Source: Desulfosudaceae bacterium (GTDB lineage: Bacteria > Desulfobacterota > Desulfobacteria > Desulfobacterales > Desulfosudaceae). From it: a stretch of DNA of 64,000 bases. The DNA lies in NCBI GenBank assembly GCA_963674745.2, contig CAXXDV010000003.1, forward strand, positions 2,272,001 to 2,336,000, written 5' to 3'. Below the pieces are notes generated by a model, which ran no database searches, was not told the DNA's origin, and saw only the letters and a list, made by a program, of their open reading frames with translations. A program made the position numbers and the translations under genes. Shown here piece by piece: positions 42,610-53,581 of this stretch; positions within the stretch are counted from its first letter, which is position 1; each line of letters begins with the position of its first letter.

Positions 42610-42815
42610 GTAGGGGCACGGCGTGCCGTGCCCTATCCGTTTTCGGGCAGGCACGGGGGCCTGCCCCTACATTATTCATGAACGCCCTCCACGGCCCGTA
42701 GGGGCAACCCCCTGTGGTTGCCCTATCCCCGTTTTCGGGCAGGCACGGGGGCCTGCCCCTACATTATTCATGAACGCCCTCCACGACCCGTAGGGGCAAC
42801 CCCCTGTGGTTGCCC
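42610..42815. repeat. Tandem GTAG-family REP array (BIME-like, ~92-bp units)
   Basis: Alternating palindromes with near-identical linkers ATTATTCATGAACGCCCTCCACG and TATCC..GTTTTC. Confidence 0.88.
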
Positions 42816-42817
42816 TT

Positions 42818-43246
42818 TTACCGAGCGGCCTCTTCAGCCGGTTTCTCTCCGACTTCCGGCGCTGCATCGCTCGGTTCCTGCTGTTCTTCTTGACTCAGCT
42901 CTTCCGTTTTCGGTTCTTCAGAGTCATCGAGAACGGCCAGGCGAGCCGTCAGGGCGTTGTTTTCATCCATCAAGGAAACGGCTTTATCCTTGATCTGTTC
43001 TAATTCGGTTTGCTGTTCCAGGCGCATTGACTTTTCATGGATATACAAACCGGCAAAACAAAGTGCCGCCAGGAGCAGGATCAACATCCCCACCCCCGTG
43101 GTAATGATATAACGCTGCAGATGATTTATCGTGATGGCCTCACCATATTGATCAAAAATCATCACCTGCCAGCTTCGCTTTAAACGGCTGGATTTGCCAG
43201 GGACCGCTCCCCCCCTCGGTTCTTGAATCGTCGACTGTTTATCCAT
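42818..43246 (-). CDS. Hypothetical single-TM coiled-coil protein
   Basis: RBS GAAGGTGG, TM helix then coiled coil and acidic tail. Confidence 0.6.
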   Translation of the reverse strand: MDKQSTIQEPRGGAVPGKSSRLKRSWQVMIFDQYGEAITINHLQRYIITTGVGMLILLLAALCFAGLYIHEKSMRLEQQTELEQIKDKAVSLMDENNALTARLAVLDDSEEPKTEELSQEEQQEPSDAAPEVGEKPAEEAAR

Positions 43247-43294
43247 TATCCACCTTCGTAAAAGCCTATTGTTTTTTAATGATGCGCCCGGCCA

Positions 43295-44329
43295 TCAATC
43301 AGGCGCCGGGCAACCGAGATGGTCATATGTCAGCGGCGTCACTTTTCTTCCGGAAGATGTTCGCTGCAACAGTCCTTCAGCCAGCAGAAACGGTTCCACG
43401 ACATCCACCAGCGTATCGGTTTCTTCCTGCAAGGTGGCCGCAATGGCTTCAATGCCCACCGGACCGCCGTTGTAATAATTAATGATCGTCGTCAGGTAGG
43501 AACGATCCAGAGGGGTCAGCCCTTTTTCATCCACCCCCTCCAGGGCCAGGGCCGCGTCAACCACGGCCGTGTTCAGGTTTCCGTCGGCACATACCTGGGC
43601 ATAGTCCCTGACACGTTTTAACAGCCGATTGGCAATGCGTGGGGTTCCCCGGGAACGCCTTGCCAGGCTCAGGGCACTTTCGTCATTTATGGCGATATTC
43701 AATAATGACGCGGAACGATGAATGATTTTGACTAGATTGTCGATCGTGTAAAAATCAAACTTGCGGAAAATACCGAACCGGTCTCTTAACGGTGCCGACA
43801 ACAGCCCGACCCTTGTGGTCGCGCCGATAAGAACAAACTGGTTCAAACGAAACCGGTGGCTGCGGGCATGAAGCCCTTTGTCAAAAACAAAATCAATGGC
43901 AAAATCCTCCATGGCCGGATACAGCAATTCTTCTACCACTTTGGGCATGCGATGGATTTCGTCAACAAACAGAATCCCCCCCCGTTCCAGATGGGTCAGC
44001 ATCCCGATCAGATCACCGCCACGTTCCAGGGCGGGCCCGGAAGTAACGGTCAGGTCGGCACCGGTTTCCGCGGCAACAATGTGAGCCAGGGTTGTCTTTC
44101 CCAGCCCCGGAGGGCCGTGAAAAAGAACATGTTCCAGGGGTTCGTCCCGCTGGCCGGCCGCTTTTATGGCGATGCCCAGTGTTTCAACCGTTTCTTCCTG
44201 CCCGACGTACCCGGAAAAATCAGGCGGCCGAAGGGAAAGAATTTCCCTGTCCAGATCAGCTTCGGTATTTTCCCTGGTCAGTTCGCTTTCCCTGCCTGAG
44301 GAAAAAGTCAGAATTCCTTTGGCCATCAC
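43295..44329 (-). CDS. ruvB: Holliday junction helicase RuvB
   Basis: [30 protein letters not shown]. Confidence 0.97.
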   Translation of the reverse strand: MMAKGILTFSSGRESELTRENTEADLDREILSLRPPDFSGYVGQEETVETLGIAIKAAGQRDEPLEHVLFHGPPGLGKTTLAHIVAAETGADLTVTSGPALERGGDLIGMLTHLERGGILFVDEIHRMPKVVEELLYPAMEDFAIDFVFDKGLHARSHRFRLNQFVLIGATTRVGLLSAPLRDRFGIFRKFDFYTIDNLVKIIHRSASLLNIAINDESALSLARRSRGTPRIANRLLKRVRDYAQVCADGNLNTAVVDAALALEGVDEKGLTPLDRSYLTTIINYYNGGPVGIEAIAATLQEETDTLVDVVEPFLLAEGLLQRTSSGRKVTPLTYDHLGCPAPD

Positions 44330-44338
44330 ATAAACCCG

Positions 44339-44950
44339 TCAGCGTGTTTTAAAAATCTCTTCGAACAGTTCCTCCGGCGTCGTAATGGCGCCGTTGCGCT
44401 GCAAAGCATCAGAAATCATCTGCCTTGCCTCTGTCATTTTATACCCCAACTGTCCGATCAGGACATTCAGCGTCTGTTCCGTAAAAGCCGGGGCACAGGC
44501 ATCGTCTCTGGTGGCAGTCGATTGTGTATCTCCTGCAAACCGGCCGACCTTGCCGTGAAGGGTGGCAATAATCTTCTGGGCGGTCCTGGCGCCGATCCCC
44601 TTAAGCTGTCCCAGGAGGGCGGCATTCTTTGCTTCAATGGCCGTCGCGATTTCACCGACCGGCAGGGTCAGGGCCTGGGCCGCCTTGAGCGGTCCGATCG
44701 CCTCCACGGATATCAGCAGTTTAAAAAAATCTTTTTCATCTTCGGAATTAAAACCGATCAACACCGGCGTCGGCTGTCGATCGGTCTGATGATGATATAC
44801 ATAGAAAAAAGCCGGATCACCTTCCGCCTTCCGGCTGATGGAATCCATAACCATGGCCGGCAGCAGCAACTCATAACCCACGTGACCGGCCAGAAGCAGT
44901 ATCCGGTCGGCCCGTTTTTTTAAAAGCACACCTTCAAGATAACCGATCAT
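44339..44950 (-). CDS. ruvA: Holliday junction binding protein RuvA
   Basis: MIGYLEG, VGYE, HhH motifs IGPLKA / GIGARTA. Confidence 0.93.
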   Translation of the reverse strand: MIGYLEGVLLKKRADRILLLAGHVGYELLLPAMVMDSISRKAEGDPAFFYVYHHQTDRQPTPVLIGFNSEDEKDFFKLLISVEAIGPLKAAQALTLPVGEIATAIEAKNAALLGQLKGIGARTAQKIIATLHGKVGRFAGDTQSTATRDDACAPAFTEQTLNVLIGQLGYKMTEARQMISDALQRNGAITTPEELFEEIFKTR

Positions 44951-45419
44951 ACCTGAATAATCCTATAATCGCCAGTGCCAGGGCGTCTGAAGCGTGATCC
45001 GGGCGGATGGGTTCAGCATGGTTGACGATCCGGCGAACCGCCTCGGCCATCTGTTTTTTGCCGGCACGGCCGCTGCCGGTTATAATCTGTTTGGCCTCAC
45101 GGACCGTGACGCTGATGACATCGACACCCGCCCGGTATCCGGCCAGCAGAATGATACCGGTGACCTGTCCCAGTGTAATACCGGATGCCGGATATTCTTT
45201 TAATGAAAAAACGTCTTCCACGACCATAAGATCCGGACGTTCAGCAGCGACAAGATCGGTCAGACTTGAAAAAATATGGTTCAGCCGATGTGGCAGCGGC
45301 TGTTTGCTGGAAGTTTGAATCGTGCCGAATGAATAATGGCCTATCCCGTTTTTTTCTCCCTCCACGATGCCGACGCCCGTATCCGCCAGTCCGGGATCAA
45401 TGCCGAGTACTTTTAACAT
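44934..45419 (-). CDS. ruvC: Crossover junction endodeoxyribonuclease RuvC
   Basis: LGIDPG, VVEDVF, DHASDALA. Confidence 0.93.
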   Translation of the reverse strand: MLKVLGIDPGLADTGVGIVEGEKNGIGHYSFGTIQTSSKQPLPHRLNHIFSSLTDLVAAERPDLMVVEDVFSLKEYPASGITLGQVTGIILLAGYRAGVDVISVTVREAKQIITGSGRAGKKQMAEAVRRIVNHAEPIRPDHASDALALAIIGLFRYDRLS

Positions 45420-45427
45420 GATATCTT

Positions 45428-46258
45428 TTAAAGTTCTTTAAGCATCTGGTCGGCATTTTTGGCCTCCCGCGAATCGGGGAACGAACTGATCAGGCGTTTG
45501 AATATCAATCGGGCATTGATATCATCATTGATCTTATTAAAAGCCATTCCCTGCTTTAAAAGCGCTGCCGGCACCTTGTTGCCGTCGGGGAATGTATCAA
45601 CAACCTCCTGATATTTTAAAATGGCTTTCTCATACCGACCTTCCCGGTAGTATGTCTCGCCGATCCAGAAATAAGCATTGTCGGATTGACGCGATTCCGG
45701 ATACCGTTTCAGAAACTGCTCAAAGATACCCCGTGCTCCGGAATAATCTCCTTTGTCAAACAACTCACGTCCGGATTCATAAAAAGAGGTTTCATCCACA
45801 GCCGTCTCATCCGATCGCGCTTCTTCGTCCTGGTTTTCAACCGCACCGGTTGTCACCTCCGGTAAAGCAGCATTGACAGGCGCTTCTTTTGTCGCCGGCA
45901 GATCGGTCGTTTGCTTCGGGGCCGCCGCAGCGGCTTTTTCCTGCTGCCGCCGCCAGTTCTCAAATTCCTGAAGATGACATTCCAGGGAATACGCCGTCTG
46001 TTCCTGTTCACCGCGAACAGACTGCACCTCACTTCTGATGCCGTTCAAAACAGATTTTACCTCGGCGTATTCCTTCCTCAGTTCATCATGCCTGTTATCG
46101 GTCTCTTTCTTTAAATTTTCCAGCTCCGCCTCAAGAATATGGCATTGTCTTTCCAGGCGGTCCACAGGTGATTCGCCCGGTCTGACAAAATCCAGAAAAC
46201 GGCAGCCGGACCCGAAAAGAACAGCAACTGTAAGTAATATCAGTAATTGTTTCTTCAT
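45428..46258 (-). CDS. cpoB: Tol-Pal protein YbgF/CpoB
   Basis: Lipobox, coiled coil, TPR NAYFWIGE..ALLK; follows pal. Confidence 0.88.
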   Translation of the reverse strand: MKKQLLILLTVAVLFGSGCRFLDFVRPGESPVDRLERQCHILEAELENLKKETDNRHDELRKEYAEVKSVLNGIRSEVQSVRGEQEQTAYSLECHLQEFENWRRQQEKAAAAAPKQTTDLPATKEAPVNAALPEVTTGAVENQDEEARSDETAVDETSFYESGRELFDKGDYSGARGIFEQFLKRYPESRQSDNAYFWIGETYYREGRYEKAILKYQEVVDTFPDGNKVPAALLKQGMAFNKINDDINARLIFKRLISSFPDSREAKNADQMLKEL

Positions 46259-46466
46259 AGGTATTTACCGAATAACAGATGGGTTACTGTTGAAATCGAA
46301 ATCCATCATCGTAAAAAGCAGGTTATGATGATAGAAACAGCCGCCGCCCGATCAGATGCATTACGCATGACCGGGCAACGGCTGCAACCTTTGATTCGCA
46401 CAAAACGATCAGGCCCGGGGGCTTATTTCCGCTTTGTCTTTATTTATAAACAGGTAAAGTGCCGGA

Positions 46467-47003
46467 CTAGCGGACAACGAAATGCGCCCGTCTGTTCTTT
46501 GCCCAGGCACTTTCATTATGACGCGGATCAAGGGGCTGTTCTTCACCGTAACTGACCGTTCTCAAGCGGGAGCCGCTGATACCCAGGTCAACCAGGAAAT
46601 CCCTGGCGCTGTTGGCACGCCTTTCGCCCAGAGCGATATTGTAATCGGCAGTTCCACGTTCGTCACAATGGCCCTCTATGGTCACCGCTTTTCCGGAATT
46701 ATTTCTCAGCCAGGCGGCTTTCCGCTCAAGGATGCTGCGCGCCGCCGGGGTCAGGACGGATTGATCAAAATCAAAAAGAACATCTTCGTTCACAAACGCA
46801 TCCTCGGCCCTCTGCATTTCATCCTGGATGGCTCTGTCTTCCGTGGTTCCCGTCATCGAGGAGCTGTCCCCTCCGGACGAGCTTACGCCGGTCGTATTCT
46901 GGTCGTCGGTTCCGGGTTTAATTTCCTTGGTGCATGATACCGTGAAAATCAACCCGCACACGACCATCCCCGCGATAAGAACCATCAAACATTTCCTTGC
47001 CAT
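46467..47003 (-). CDS. pal: Peptidoglycan-associated lipoprotein
   Basis: [25 protein letters not shown]. Confidence 0.95.
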   Translation of the reverse strand: MARKCLMVLIAGMVVCGLIFTVSCTKEIKPGTDDQNTTGVSSSGGDSSSMTGTTEDRAIQDEMQRAEDAFVNEDVLFDFDQSVLTPAARSILERKAAWLRNNSGKAVTIEGHCDERGTADYNIALGERRANSARDFLVDLGISGSRLRTVSYGEEQPLDPRHNESAWAKNRRAHFVVR

Positions 47004-47047
47004 GTTAGCCTCCTCAATTGTTGTTTACTAAAACTGTTTTTTTGTTT

Positions 47048-48376
47048 TTATTTGCCGGCTGTTATGCCGCGTGACCATTCCGGTGTCGTCTGCTCTCCGG
47101 GAAGCGTCAGTAACCGTTTCTGGTCGGTTCCGGCAACAGTCATCACGAAAATTCTTGCCTTTCCACCGTCACGTGTTGAACTGAATGCAATCAGGCTCCC
47201 GTCTGGGGACCAGGACGGCGACTCACAATCACCCTGTTTTTCAGTCAGTTGAACACATTTTTTTGTATGGACATCAACCACTTTAATTTCAAAACAGCCG
47301 TCTTCCAGGGAGCTGTAGGCGATTTTATCCTCCACCGGGCTCCATTCGGGTGTTGTATTGTATCTACCCTCAAAAGTCAACCTTTCAGTATGTCCGGAAG
47401 CAAGATCCATCATATAAATCTGGGGCGTACCTCCCCGTTTGGATACAAAGGCCATTCTGTTCCCGTCAGACGAAAAGGTCGGGGAAACGTCTATGTCCCA
47501 GGTTTTGGTCAGTTGCCTGATGATTGTTCCTTTTCCCGTCATCAGGTAAATTTCCTGATCACCGGAAAAAGACAGGCTGGCCGCCAGTTCAAAACGGTCG
47601 GGACGCCAGGCAGGAGAAATATTCACACCCTGGCGGTCAAAAACAACACCCTGATTGTCTGAAAGGTTCTGAATATAAAGATCCGGCTTCCCTTTTCGAT
47701 ATGACGTATAGGCCAGCCATTTTCCATCCGAAGACCAGGCCGGAGAAAGATCGATCACCTTGTTATTTGTAATCCGGCTGGGATTATAACCGTCAAACTC
47801 GCAGGTCCAAATTTCCTTGTTGCCGGAACCATTTGAGACAAAAGCGATGCGGCTTTCAAAAATCCCTCTGCTGCCGGTAAGCTGTTCCATGACTTCACTG
47901 CAAAACCGCCGCACTATTTTCCGCAGATCGTCGACTTGTCCTTTGTATCGTTTGCCGATCAACATCTGGTTTTTAAAAACATCGATCAGACGCATCTCAA
48001 AAACAACAACATCCTTGTTCAGGGTGACACCGCCGGTCACCAGGAATTCGGCGCCGATATCCGACCAGTTTTTTAAATTGATATCCGTCAGGCCGATACC
48101 GGTTTCCTTTGGTTGTTCCAGAAACGCGGCCCGATCGATTATTTTGAAATAGCGTGTGAATTCAAGCGTCTCTGCCAAAAGATCGGCCGCTTCCAGGCAG
48201 ATTCCGGCCTCTTTTGATGAGCCGGAAAAAGACTTGAATTCAGGTACGGCCACAGGAATTTTCCGTAAAAACGGGTTGCTGATGGTTATGGTATCATAAT
48301 CCGCTGACGCACCAGTCGGCATCAACAGGCAAAACACAAAAAAAAACAAGATCAGTCGCTGTGACGTATAAGCCAT
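47048..48376 (-). CDS. tolB: Tol-Pal beta-propeller protein TolB
   Basis: RIAFV, PD40 repeats (SPAWSSDG, SPSWSPDG). Confidence 0.93.
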   Translation of the reverse strand: MAYTSQRLILFFFVFCLLMPTGASADYDTITISNPFLRKIPVAVPEFKSFSGSSKEAGICLEAADLLAETLEFTRYFKIIDRAAFLEQPKETGIGLTDINLKNWSDIGAEFLVTGGVTLNKDVVVFEMRLIDVFKNQMLIGKRYKGQVDDLRKIVRRFCSEVMEQLTGSRGIFESRIAFVSNGSGNKEIWTCEFDGYNPSRITNNKVIDLSPAWSSDGKWLAYTSYRKGKPDLYIQNLSDNQGVVFDRQGVNISPAWRPDRFELAASLSFSGDQEIYLMTGKGTIIRQLTKTWDIDVSPTFSSDGNRMAFVSKRGGTPQIYMMDLASGHTERLTFEGRYNTTPEWSPVEDKIAYSSLEDGCFEIKVVDVHTKKCVQLTEKQGDCESPSWSPDGSLIAFSSTRDGGKARIFVMTVAGTDQKRLLTLPGEQTTPEWSRGITAGK

Positions 48377-48415
48377 ACAAAACCTGCCTGACCCGGAAAT
48401 TCCGGGGTAATGTTG

Positions 48416-49306
48416 TCATCTCAAATCTGAAGAGTCAAATTCCAGTTTCACGGTGTATGATTTGTAACCTTCGGGCAGGGCCGGTAACGGATTGGCTTTT
48501 ATTACCGCCTTGTGCGCCGAATTGTCAGCATAATCATTGCCCGACCGCCGGTCAAACCAGGTATCGGTGATGCGTCCGTCAGCGGCAATGGTGATACCGA
48601 TAACCGGCCTTAACGCCGCCTCTGTACCGGCCAGTTGACTGGAAAAAACCCAGTTTCTCAAAACATGATACCGGATTTCAAGCTTATAAATTTCAATCGC
48701 CTCTAATTGCCGCCTGGAGCGGCCGTTGCCCCCTCCCCCACCGCTGCCGGAAACCGTTACCGACTGTTGTTTGGCTGCTTCCGCCTGCCTTAAACGGGAC
48801 AGGGCGTTATCCAGGGAATCATCCGGCGCTTTCCGGTCGACCTTCTTTTCCAGGCGGGCAATGGCATTTTCGACGCTCTGCCCGGGATCAAAGGTTTTCT
48901 TTTTTAAAGACGTTTTTACCTTCTGGCTTATTTTTTTCATCGGGGTAACTTTGCGGGGGGCAACGGCCACGGCTTTTTTGACCGGCGGTGACGGGACGGC
49001 TACCGGTTCGGACCGGTCAATCTTTTCAGGGCGTCCACCAGGGTCTGCGGCATCCGGCAATGAAACAAGATCCACGTCGATCACACGGTCAGACAGCGTC
49101 CGTCGTCCGCAGCCGTTGAACCCGGACACCATTATCAGACAGACCATGATAATGATATGAAACCCGAGGGAAATGCCCATGTAAGCCAGAAAGGAACTGT
49201 TTTCCCGGGGATCCTGTCGTAGCAGAGAATGTTCAAAAACCATAATCGTGTCTTGTCGTATCTTACGGCTGAAACAGATCTTCAGCCGGTAAAACCGATT
49301 TTTCAA
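48416..49306 (-). CDS. tolA: TolA/TonB-like energy transducer
   Basis: S..FH TM motif, Pro/Lys linker, C-terminal RSG...D..A..A...P.P; between tolR and tolB; start probably downstream. Confidence 0.75.
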   Translation of the reverse strand: MKNRFYRLKICFSRKIRQDTIMVFEHSLLRQDPRENSSFLAYMGISLGFHIIIMVCLIMVSGFNGCGRRTLSDRVIDVDLVSLPDAADPGGRPEKIDRSEPVAVPSPPVKKAVAVAPRKVTPMKKISQKVKTSLKKKTFDPGQSVENAIARLEKKVDRKAPDDSLDNALSRLRQAEAAKQQSVTVSGSGGGGGNGRSRRQLEAIEIYKLEIRYHVLRNWVFSSQLAGTEAALRPVIGITIAADGRITDTWFDRRSGNDYADNSAHKAVIKANPLPALPEGYKSYTVKLEFDSSDLR

Positions 49307-49328
49307 CCGGAATTTTCCATAACCGGTA

Positions 49329-49751
49329 TCAATCCTTCCGACTGTTTTCTTCCGGCCGGGTCAGCATGCCCAGTTTTTCCACCCCGGCGCCCTTTATTTC
49401 GGACATCACACTGACGACAAAACCGTAGGAGACATCCTTGTCCGCCTTTAAAAACACCCGGCGATCGGACCGGTTTTCCATAATCGCAGCCAGCTTTTCC
49501 CGTAAAAAAGAGAATTCGACCTTTACGGTATTGATGTAAACCCCGCGGTCCCGGTCCACGGATATGATCAGTCGGTCCTCTTCACCGGTCGGGACGGGGG
49601 CAGCCGCGGTCTCGGGTAATGATACATCCACCCCGTGAATCATCATGGGTGCCGTGACCATGAAAATAATCAGCAGGACAAGCATGACATCCACCAGGGG
49701 CGTCACATTGATTTCCGACATCAAACGGTCATCTCGGGGTTCCGGCGTCAT
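49329..49751 (-). CDS. tolR: TolR
   Basis: EINVTPLVDVMLVLLIIFMVTAP. Confidence 0.92.
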   Translation of the reverse strand: MTPEPRDDRLMSEINVTPLVDVMLVLLIIFMVTAPMMIHGVDVSLPETAAAPVPTGEEDRLIISVDRDRGVYINTVKVEFSFLREKLAAIMENRSDRRVFLKADKDVSYGFVVSVMSEIKGAGVEKLGMLTRPEENSRKD

Positions 49752-50491
49752 TATTCTTCCTCCACCGATCTGGGACGCCGTAATTGCCGTTCGACAATAT
49801 TGAGAAAATCAGCCGAAAAATTCCGCATCTCACTATCTACGATGCGAATTTTCTGGGTGAAATAATTATAAGCCACAACCGCCGGGATAGCTGCCGCCAG
49901 CCCGGCCGCGGTCGCGACCAGCGCCTCGGAGATCCCCGGCGCGACCACCGCCAGGCTGGCGGATCCGCGCGCCCCGATACCGTGAAAGGCGTTCATGATG
50001 CCCCAGACCGTTCCGAACAGCCCGATAAAAGGCGTGGTGTTGCCGGTGGTGGCCAGAAACGGCACCAGCTGATTCAGCTTGTTCACTTCCGCGCTGACGC
50101 TGCGCTGAAGGGTCCGTTCGATACTCTTAATGGCCGGAATTTCAAACCCCTGGGCGTCGCCTTCCGATGTGCTAAACCGTTTAAACTCCACATAACCGGC
50201 CCGGAACACCCTGGCCACCGGCGACGCCCGAAGCGTTTTGGTCTGAGCGAAAGCTTCTGAGAAATCCCGTTTCTTCCAGAAAAAATCGGTAAAAGCCAGC
50301 GATTCGGACAGCGCCCTGCGAATATATCGATACTTGATAAACATGATCGCCCATGATGTCACTGAAAAAAACAGCAGTGTCAGCAGGACAAGCTGAACCA
50401 TGAAACCGGCATTAAAAACCATCTGCATTATATCAACACTTTTGAACACTGTCTTTTCTCCTTGTCGTATATTATGGGGGGACAAGACCAT
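49751..50491 (-). CDS. tolQ: TolQ
   Basis: PFIGLFGTVWGIM, VAPGISEALVATAAGL; start probably downstream. Confidence 0.93.
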   Translation of the reverse strand: MVLSPHNIRQGEKTVFKSVDIMQMVFNAGFMVQLVLLTLLFFSVTSWAIMFIKYRYIRRALSESLAFTDFFWKKRDFSEAFAQTKTLRASPVARVFRAGYVEFKRFSTSEGDAQGFEIPAIKSIERTLQRSVSAEVNKLNQLVPFLATTGNTTPFIGLFGTVWGIMNAFHGIGARGSASLAVVAPGISEALVATAAGLAAAIPAVVAYNYFTQKIRIVDSEMRNFSADFLNIVERQLRRPRSVEEE

Positions 50492-50734
50492 GAGGATCTT
50501 CCGGCCGGATACCGTATGTCTTATCTAATATGGATCCTTAATATCAGCCCTCAATGCTGTCATTACCGGACATTATCATATTTGCTGGGTTTAATCCAGC
50601 CCCGGAAAGTCCATCTGTTTTCGAGATGCTTTTTAGAGTTGACTGTAACTACTGAATTGCATTAAATAATTACGCATATGGATTTCAACACGGAAAGCGG
50701 GAATCAAAATAATATTAGGCCGGTGGGATAAGAT

Positions 50735-51832
50735 ATGCCAGCGTTAAATCACCATCGGAAGTTTAAATTCTGCCACAAAACATTTCTTTTCTTCGGCGCA
50801 GTGGTCTTGACACTTGCTCTTCTGGAAGCTGGTTTTCGGATAGCTCGAATCAACGGTGATTATCACCAGGCACGTGTTGACCGTGTGGTTCCGATTAAGG
50901 AATTGGTCAGACGCGCGCCTTTCGGATTTTATACAAACACAGCTGTTATCAGCCGTTACGATTCCAATCCAAGAGGATACTTTGGGCCTGGCAATACCAT
51001 TATCCACAGGCATAACTCCGTTGGTTGGCGCGATGACGAGCACGCTCTGGACAAACCAGACGGTACATTTCGCATTCTTGGTCTGGGTGATAGCTATCTT
51101 TGGGGCCAGGGTGTCAAATTCGAAGACATCTGCTTGACGAAACTCCGATTTCTTCTTCAGAAAACCATGCCGGACAAAACCATTGAAACGATCAATGCCG
51201 GAATAAGCGGCTTCAATACAGCTGACGAGTTGCAACAGTTAAAAAGGTCAGGGCTTGCTTATTATCCGGACCTGATCATTCTTCATTTTACTTTAAACGA
51301 TGTTGAAGATGATCTTTACCGAGAGGGCCCAAAAGTTGAGTTTTTCAATAACTATACATACATTTATCAATCCCCTGACTGGTTCTCCAGGATCTCTTAT
51401 GTCTGGAGCTGGAGCCGTTATCGCATTCTAAAATACACGCTCGCCGAACGATATATTCAAGAATGTGTTGACAGTTTTAATACAGACAGCATCGGATGGC
51501 GACATTGCCAACAAGCGTTGAACGATTTACGGATGATCTGCAAAGAGAATGATATTCCACTATGTGTAGTTATATTCCCATTTTTCATAGGGCTTGACGG
51601 CGGCTATCCCTTTCAGCCTGTCCATGAAATTGTGGCGGAATACTGTCAGTCACTGGGGATTCCCGTACTTGATCTTCGAAGGTACTATAAAGAATTTCGA
51701 GGGCCGGAATTGTGGGTCCACCCTACTGATCAACATCCAAATGAAATTGCCCATGACATTGCCGCTCATGCGATTGCGGACTATTTGAAGGCGAATGCAA
51801 CCGATCTTTTGATTACCACCAGTAAAAAATGA
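50735..51832 (+). CDS. Membrane-anchored SGNH/GDSL hydrolase
   Basis: LGDS, NAGISG, ND, D.HPN motifs; N-terminal TM. Confidence 0.85.
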   Translation: MPALNHHRKFKFCHKTFLFFGAVVLTLALLEAGFRIARINGDYHQARVDRVVPIKELVRRAPFGFYTNTAVISRYDSNPRGYFGPGNTIIHRHNSVGWRDDEHALDKPDGTFRILGLGDSYLWGQGVKFEDICLTKLRFLLQKTMPDKTIETINAGISGFNTADELQQLKRSGLAYYPDLIILHFTLNDVEDDLYREGPKVEFFNNYTYIYQSPDWFSRISYVWSWSRYRILKYTLAERYIQECVDSFNTDSIGWRHCQQALNDLRMICKENDIPLCVVIFPFFIGLDGGYPFQPVHEIVAEYCQSLGIPVLDLRRYYKEFRGPELWVHPTDQHPNEIAHDIAAHAIADYLKANATDLLITTSKK

Positions 51833-52077
51833 AACAACAACTACGAAGCTGGGCTTTTAAGTGGTTGCAAGCGACAACGGATTCAGACGCCACCCGGAAG
51901 ACCTTCATCAAAACGATCAGCAACCCCCTAACTTTGTGCAGATGGCCGATAGAGAAAACTCAGGAGGAATCACCCGGATTGACAGCCGGGACCGGTACTG
52001 TTATAAATAGTGACAAATAAAATGTTCCTGATTCTTTTTTATCCAAAAATAAACCATATCTAAAAATGAGGTAGACC

Positions 52078-52935
52078 ATGGAAACCCGTCAACTCATCGA
52101 CATGTTAAACAGGGATCTGGCGGATGAACACGCCGCCATTCTGCGTTATCTTATTCACAGCTACCTGGAAGGGGAAGACACGCCCATCGGCGCCAAACTG
52201 CTTTCACGGGCCCGGGAGGAAATGTGGCACATGCACTGGCTGGGGATGATCGTCGGCGCCTTCGGGGGTGAACCGGACATGAATCCGGCCGACTACCCCC
52301 ACGACCCCACCAACCGGAAAACCATTCTGGAATCCTACGTGGCCTACGAAAAGAAACTGGTTCCCCATTATGAAAAAGAAGCCCAAACAGTTGACGATCC
52401 GCACATCAAGCGGGTGCTGCTGCGGGAAGCCTGGGAGTCCGCCATGCACGCCGAAAAATTCCAGAAAATGATCGACAAACTCTCCTCCGAAGAAGCCGCC
52501 GGCCTTCCCGGAGAAGACAACGAGCTGACCGAAGACCTGGCCGGACGGCTGCAGCAGAGCGTGGCCACGAAATACCGGCAGATGCTGCAGACCCTCCGTG
52601 ACGCCTGGGTTTTTCAGGAACAGGGCCTGGGTGCCTGGCAGCGAATGGATTTTTCCATGACCAAAATGAAACAGCTGGCCCACAGTGCCGAGGAAGTGGC
52701 GGAAAACGGCATCGCCCCGGATTTTTCCGGCACCATCGCCGATCTGCCGGATACGTTCAAAGCCGTCCTGGAAAAAGCCGTCAAGGACCTGGAGACCTCT
52801 CTGGCGTTACATAACGACATCCGCAACAATGCCGAGGCGCAGAAGCACGGAGGCTTGATGTCCAACCTGGACCTGACCGTTCGCCAGGAGCAATACGAAA
52901 TAGACGAACTGCGAGACATTCGGAAAAAAGACTAA
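52078..52935 (+). CDS. Ferritin-like (bacterioferritin/rubrerythrin-type) double-domain protein
   Basis: LADEH..ILRY, EEMWH, E..H in first half; degenerate repeat in second half. Confidence 0.75.
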   Translation: METRQLIDMLNRDLADEHAAILRYLIHSYLEGEDTPIGAKLLSRAREEMWHMHWLGMIVGAFGGEPDMNPADYPHDPTNRKTILESYVAYEKKLVPHYEKEAQTVDDPHIKRVLLREAWESAMHAEKFQKMIDKLSSEEAAGLPGEDNELTEDLAGRLQQSVATKYRQMLQTLRDAWVFQEQGLGAWQRMDFSMTKMKQLAHSAEEVAENGIAPDFSGTIADLPDTFKAVLEKAVKDLETSLALHNDIRNNAEAQKHGGLMSNLDLTVRQEQYEIDELRDIRKKD

Positions 52936-52974
52936 AGGGTCATCATAAAGAAGGCTTCGGCCGCTCCCGGAACT

Positions 52975-53553
52975 TCAGGGGCGAACGGATATCCCCATTT
53001 CCTGCCTGATGGATTCGATGTCCAGATCTTCAATCCAGTCGGGAAGATTCCGCCAGATGCCGTGGAAGCCAAAACCGCCTTCAGTCATTTCAGCAATGGC
53101 CGCCTGCTTTGTCCACCCCTGGACGACAACCCGGTAAAGCGCGCACATGGTACCGGTGCGGTCAGCGCCATGCTGACAATGAACGAGTACAGGCCCCCGG
53201 TTCGGATCAGTGGCGATCCTGAGGAACCGTACCGCATCTTCCCGCTCCGGATGCCAGGCGTGCATTGAAATATGCTCGTATGCCAGTCCGGTCCCATCGA
53301 TTTCGTCTTTGTCCGAATGGAATCCGCGAAGATTGACGATTGTTTTAATGCCCATCTGTTTAAGATTTTTCATACCGGTTTCATCGGGCTGGGCACTGCG
53401 GAACAGGTTTTTATCAACCCGGTGCAGATTGGGGACACCTTCGAGGCTGACGGGTTGCGCCCACCCGGCAGGACGGGTTGTAGCCGCATCTTCCGCCACG
53501 GCAAGGCCGGCCATTATGCCGCATATAAAAACAATCGTCAGTATTCTGATCAT
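52975..53553 (-). CDS. Exported dual-specificity/tyrosine phosphatase
   Basis: VHCQHGADRTG CX5R motif, signal peptide. Confidence 0.88.
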   Translation of the reverse strand: MIRILTIVFICGIMAGLAVAEDAATTRPAGWAQPVSLEGVPNLHRVDKNLFRSAQPDETGMKNLKQMGIKTIVNLRGFHSDKDEIDGTGLAYEHISMHAWHPEREDAVRFLRIATDPNRGPVLVHCQHGADRTGTMCALYRVVVQGWTKQAAIAEMTEGGFGFHGIWRNLPDWIEDLDIESIRQEMGISVRP

Positions 53554-53581
53554 CTTTTTGTCTTCCTTTGGGATATCCGGA

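Noticed and set aside
42610..42815. Possible CRISPR array
   Set aside because: The intervening sequences are near-identical linkers, not unique spacers; units match dispersed REPs; no cas genes are present.
50700..51900. SGNH gene as a stray integron cassette
   Set aside because: ATTAGGC upstream is only R'-like and no attC hairpin follows the stop codon.
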